Positions 60,563 to 64,000 of a DNA stretch of 64,000 nt are shown here, piece after piece. The notes under the pieces were generated by a model. That model saw nothing but the letters and a program-made list of their open reading frames with translations, did no database searches and was not told the DNA's origin. Position numbers and translations under genes: made by a program. The first letter of the stretch is position 1; each line of letters starts with the position of its first letter. Source of the DNA: a virus; IMG/VR virus record IMGVR_UViG_3300023181_000002, positions 1 to 64,000 of that record; one strand, 5' to 3'.

Positions 60563-62131
60563 TTAATCCTGCAAAGTAAGCTTGATGATACCCATGATAT
60601 CGATGTAAGGCACACCTTCAAACAACAAGTGATGTTCGATACCATCGACAGTAGATCCGATATTGTAAGTATCTTGGTTGTTCATCATTTGCTGAAGTGC
60701 GGTATCCTGCATGTTCATCAATTGTGTACCGGTAGCGCCGTTGAATTGGCCTGTGATACCAGTTGTTTTACCATACACAAACCCACGGTCAATGCCGTTA
60801 CCGGATTTAGTATAATAAGTGAATGATTTTAAACGGGAACCATCATCTCCACGGCGAACCGGGATAAAGAAAATTTCGCGGCTACGATCTTTACCTTTGA
60901 TACCATTGTAGTTGAAAGTCTTATACTCTCCTGTGCTTTGGTAAGCGCCTGTCATGTCATACATGAAAAGATCGCCATGATCCGTTGTGTATTTATTGAT
61001 ACCAAAACCAATATCTACTTTACCCGAAGCAGGCACATCACGGAACAATGTTACAGGATATTTAGCGGCAGCTCCTTCACGGATCGTGTCGCGTAGCCAT
61101 TGCATACCTCCATCTTCACCTACGGCAAGAATGTCTGCGCCTGGGAATATTTGACGGATTTGCTGCATGATACTATCGATACGTCCAAGATTCGAACGGT
61201 ATGTGCCGCGAACAGGATGACGGTATTGAATGCGTGCCTGATCTAATTGCTGACGGATACCTGCGTAAGAAGGACGGTCCGGACGAGCTGTTAAACCTTT
61301 ATAGCCATTCACTTCAAGCGTCAACGGGTCGAAGTTTGAACGGGAGTCCATAATCTGTCCTTCTACACTCGCCAAAGCTTGACGGAAGAAGTTAACAGGA
61401 AGACTTGTTCTGAAACTTGTAGACGTTGAACCATCCATGGCTCTGTCAACACCGAATGTGAACACCTCATCTGACATAGCAGAACCTGTTTCAGGATAGC
61501 CATAACGAGTGATCATTGTCGGGTTAACAAATTCATTGCGCTTCATCGGGTTAAGCGCTAAACTGTTTGAAGTTTGAGAGCCTTCACCTTTCGTGTTACC
61601 AAATCCCCAGTTTACCGGCTTGCCGATCTGAAGAAGGCTACCTGATGCAGTTTCTCCTACTTGCCCTACAAGTACGAAAGTTACATCTACATAACCCTGA
61701 TTGGTGTTACGACGGGAAACAACGCGAAGAATCGTTCTGTCATCCCATAATTTTACTTGTTCATCCTCGTCAAGCACACCGAAATCAAGTGATACGTCAA
61801 AAGGAATCCCTGCTACCAATACGTCCGGCACTTGGCTGTTGTCAACCACGTAAGACAATTGGCGCGTTTCTGTTTCTTCGCGGATACGGATAAATTCTGA
61901 GCCAATGGTAGAAGTCTCAACTGTAAAGCCTTTGTCTTTCGCAGTAAGATCTACACCAGCGCCGAATAAATTGGTAAACACAAGATACGGCGATTTCCAG
62001 TTGGTGTAACTGATGATCTTGGTTAGGAACTCTTGAGGGTAGCGCGAAAGAAGATCATCGCGCAGGGCAAGATCGTTAACCATTCTGCGGCGACTGCCTT
62101 TATTAACACTTACTCTAAGTTGGTCTGCCAT
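60563..62131 (-). CDS. Major capsid protein (crAss-like HK97 fold)
   Basis: 522 aa after an acidic scaffold-like gene; GEGS, N.T...R......GSA, AGI.QQL, GF...KY.T.HG. Confidence 0.65.
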   Translation of the reverse strand: MADQLRVSVNKGSRRRMVNDLALRDDLLSRYPQEFLTKIISYTNWKSPYLVFTNLFGAGVDLTAKDKGFTVETSTIGSEFIRIREETETRQLSYVVDNSQVPDVLVAGIPFDVSLDFGVLDEDEQVKLWDDRTILRVVSRRNTNQGYVDVTFVLVGQVGETASGSLLQIGKPVNWGFGNTKGEGSQTSNSLALNPMKRNEFVNPTMITRYGYPETGSAMSDEVFTFGVDRAMDGSTSTSFRTSLPVNFFRQALASVEGQIMDSRSNFDPLTLEVNGYKGLTARPDRPSYAGIRQQLDQARIQYRHPVRGTYRSNLGRIDSIMQQIRQIFPGADILAVGEDGGMQWLRDTIREGAAAKYPVTLFRDVPASGKVDIGFGINKYTTDHGDLFMYDMTGAYQSTGEYKTFNYNGIKGKDRSREIFFIPVRRGDDGSRLKSFTYYTKSGNGIDRGFVYGKTTGITGQFNGATGTQLMNMQDTALQQMMNNQDTYNIGSTVDGIEHHLLFEGVPYIDIMGIIKLTLQD

Positions 62132-62136
62132 TGTTT

Positions 62137-63075
62137 TTAGATTTTACTTTTAAACTTTGAATTTTTCCCCGTTTCAAATCCGCGCTTATCTACGCCTCTC
62201 AAAAGACTTGCAAATAATTTCTTGTCCAAAGCGATTGCCTTGACAATTTCGTACTCGGCACGTTCCTCCGGCGTTTTTGGTTGAGGAGGGTTTGCCATAT
62301 TTCTTGTTACAACCTGCTTTAGATAAGACTTCATGTCTTCCGGGATTTCAACGCCCATTGGACTGAATGTATCTAAGGTCTGATGTAAAACATTTCTGTA
62401 TTGCTTTTCTGCTTGAAGGGAAGTATCTGCGTGGCTTCTGGCATCGCTAAGAATCTTTTCATATTCATTCTTATAATGACCTCTAAAAGAGTTCGCCATG
62501 CGCTTGCCGTCTTCTGTGAGCTTATTCTCTTCATCGAACAGTTCCGCGATGCGCTCATCATACATTCTCCGTGAGAAGGTAATTGGGTCACTATCCATGC
62601 GTTCTCTCAGTACTTTACGGATCAGCTCTGCATCAGGCATAGAATTGTTATCCAACGCTTGCTGTGCTTCCGCGAAACGAGGATTGCTGCGAAGAAACTC
62701 ATTGCCTTTCTCCAAGCGGAACGACTCATCGTAAACCGCTTCAGGTGAATTCAGGTGAGAATAGTTCTCTCCAAATTTCTGTACTGCAAGCTGAGAGTAA
62801 TTCGTTTTATCTTCTTCTACTTTAAAGCCTCCTGTGATCAGATCTTTATAAGGTGTCCAGTACTCAGGTAAATCATCAGGATCATTACCTTCATTCACCG
62901 GAGCAGTATCTACACCTTTAGGAACAGAGGTATTCACCTTGTTCTCTAAACTCTTAATAAGATCATCATCAAATCCCTGCGATTTCCCCGCTATAAAAGG
63001 CTCAGCCTGTTTGGAGAATCCCGCTTCGGAATTAAATTTCTCAAAAGCATCAACTGCTACTGACGTTCCTGTCAT
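62137..63075 (-). CDS. Scaffold-like acidic helical protein
   Basis: D/E-rich helical ORF directly upstream of MCP. Confidence 0.5.
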   Translation of the reverse strand: MTGTSVAVDAFEKFNSEAGFSKQAEPFIAGKSQGFDDDLIKSLENKVNTSVPKGVDTAPVNEGNDPDDLPEYWTPYKDLITGGFKVEEDKTNYSQLAVQKFGENYSHLNSPEAVYDESFRLEKGNEFLRSNPRFAEAQQALDNNSMPDAELIRKVLRERMDSDPITFSRRMYDERIAELFDEENKLTEDGKRMANSFRGHYKNEYEKILSDARSHADTSLQAEKQYRNVLHQTLDTFSPMGVEIPEDMKSYLKQVVTRNMANPPQPKTPEERAEYEIVKAIALDKKLFASLLRGVDKRGFETGKNSKFKSKI

Positions 63076-63106
63076 GGTATTTTATTGTTTTCGTGGTTCT
63101 TGGAAT

Positions 63107-63145
63107 CAAATTTATATAGAGCGCAATAGATAATTCGTCTCACAA
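63107..63145 (-). promoter_or_regulatory. Candidate late promoter (TTGTGAGACGA + 20 nt + TAAATTTG)
   Basis: Perfect TAnnTTTG on - strand 63107-14; 11-mer identical to 54800-54810. Confidence 0.65.
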
Positions 63146-63202
63146 CAATTCTTTTGGAATTGATTTTTTATTATATTTACAGACGTAAAAATCCACTATA
63201 AA

Positions 63203-63712
63203 ATGTCATTAGAAGAAATCTACAAAATCGTAAATGACTTTAAAGAAGAGCAGAGATTAAGATGGCTCTCAAATGATAACACCATCGAAGATTTGTTCTA
63301 CGTATTGCTATCTGAAAGGGTTGACAAGAAATCTATACAAGAAGTTGTAGAGCTTGCTATCATTGAACACTTCGATGTGAATCGTATTGATTTTCACCGT
63401 GTGAAGATGGGTAAATATGGAGATGCTGAATCTATACCAGATAATATTAGACGTGTCGCTCATGCAAGAAAATGGCACGTTAGTATCTTAATGAATATGC
63501 TCCATGTATCAAATTTCACAATGAAGAGTAATTACGGTAATTGGTATCATCATAGAATAGCATTCGATCACAGGCCGGCTTATATGGGAGCTTTAATGCC
63601 TTGTTCTGTCGAAGATCAATCTAACAGAGATCACCTGCTTTCTATCGGTAACATTATAAAAAGAATGTGCAATGAAGAGGGGCTTTTAGATGAAAGATTG
63701 GATTTAATTTAA
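63203..63712 (+). CDS. Hypothetical protein, weakly DnaA C-terminal HTH-like
   Basis: I.E.V...I.EHF.V.....R.VA.AR pattern; divergent from capsid operon. Confidence 0.35.
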   Translation: MSLEEIYKIVNDFKEEQRLRWLSNDNTIEDLFYVLLSERVDKKSIQEVVELAIIEHFDVNRIDFHRVKMGKYGDAESIPDNIRRVAHARKWHVSILMNMLHVSNFTMKSNYGNWYHHRIAFDHRPAYMGALMPCSVEDQSNRDHLLSIGNIIKRMCNEEGLLDERLDLI

Positions 63713-63730
63713 ACTTTAAGAAAATACACA

Positions 63731-64000
63731 ATGAATGATCATTTGAAATTTCTACAGAACATTATCAACGAAGAAATTAAAGAAGTTAAGTTATGGCCGA
63801 ATCCTCAAAAAGATTTAATGGTAGAAGAGCTTCAATCTGCTGATGTATTAATCAATGAATGCACAGACACGAAAGAGTTTAAGTTCCCCTTTTACGCAGC
63901 TCTATGTTTTATGCGTAGAGGTATGAAAATTCAAGTAGATGAGTGGGATGGATTTATCCGGCTGGAAGGGAATTTACTCCCTACAGGGAAAGGAGATAAA
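63731..64000 (+). CDS. Partial ORF with DUF2829 (Tad2)-like motif
   Basis: F..AL..MRRG.KI....W.G; runs off the window end. Confidence 0.45.
   Translation, partial: MNDHLKFLQNIINEEIKEVKLWPNPQKDLMVEELQSADVLINECTDTKEFKFPFYAALCFMRRGMKIQVDEWDGFIRLEGNLLPTGKGDK

Larger units (their letters stand above)
1..64000. mobile_element. Segment of a large dsDNA bacteriophage of Bacteroidota, crAss-like structural module
   Basis: Terminase, capsid-like, tailspike, endolysin, DnaB, antirepressor and ~100 small densely packed ORFs. No host housekeeping genes. Bacteroidota TAnnTTTG promoters. Confidence 0.93.

Noticed and set aside
1-64000. Alternative genetic code (TAG/TGA reassignment as in some crAss-like phages)
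   Set aside because: Long genes are intact under code 11 and all three stops terminate tightly packed ORFs. The single TAA at 14101 is isolated.
1-64000. Integrated prophage boundary, integrase, DGR or retron
   Set aside because: No recombinase, att-like junction, host gene or reverse transcriptase is visible in the window.

Overview
The whole window looks like part of a large tailed dsDNA phage infecting Bacteroidota, most likely Cytophagia. This host call rests on TAnnTTTG/TTG sigma-type promoters, no Shine-Dalgarno usage, and DUF4494, DUF1573, Ig_7 and T9SS-cargo-like domains. No host chromosomal genes, integrase, tRNA, rRNA or CRISPR array were seen. Layout: (1) 1-2.9 kb: two RepL-like winged-helix genes around a repeat-rich, mostly non-coding origin/terminus-like region. 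(2) 2.9-38 kb, + strand: about 100 mostly small early/middle genes, including two DNA methyltransferases, an ART-fold protein, a viperin-family radical SAM enzyme, HNH and PD-(D/E)XK nucleases, a GHKL ATPase, an antirepressor, SSB, a sliding clamp, a replication initiator, DnaB and a RuvC-like resolvase. (3) 38-63 kb, - strand: late module with fibres/tailspikes, a GH19 lysis cassette, Cys-rich virion proteins, terminase large subunit and a crAss-like capsid block. The most striking item is an intact, phage-encoded prokaryotic viperin (normally an anti-phage enzyme) among the early genes. Also notable: two covarying leader pseudoknot/terminator RNAs each controlling a nuclease gene, a ~300-nt structured non-coding RNA, a ~15-bp periodic palindrome array, phage-specific pre-ATG motifs and a candidate late-promoter motif. 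All family calls come from motif recognition by eye, not database searches.
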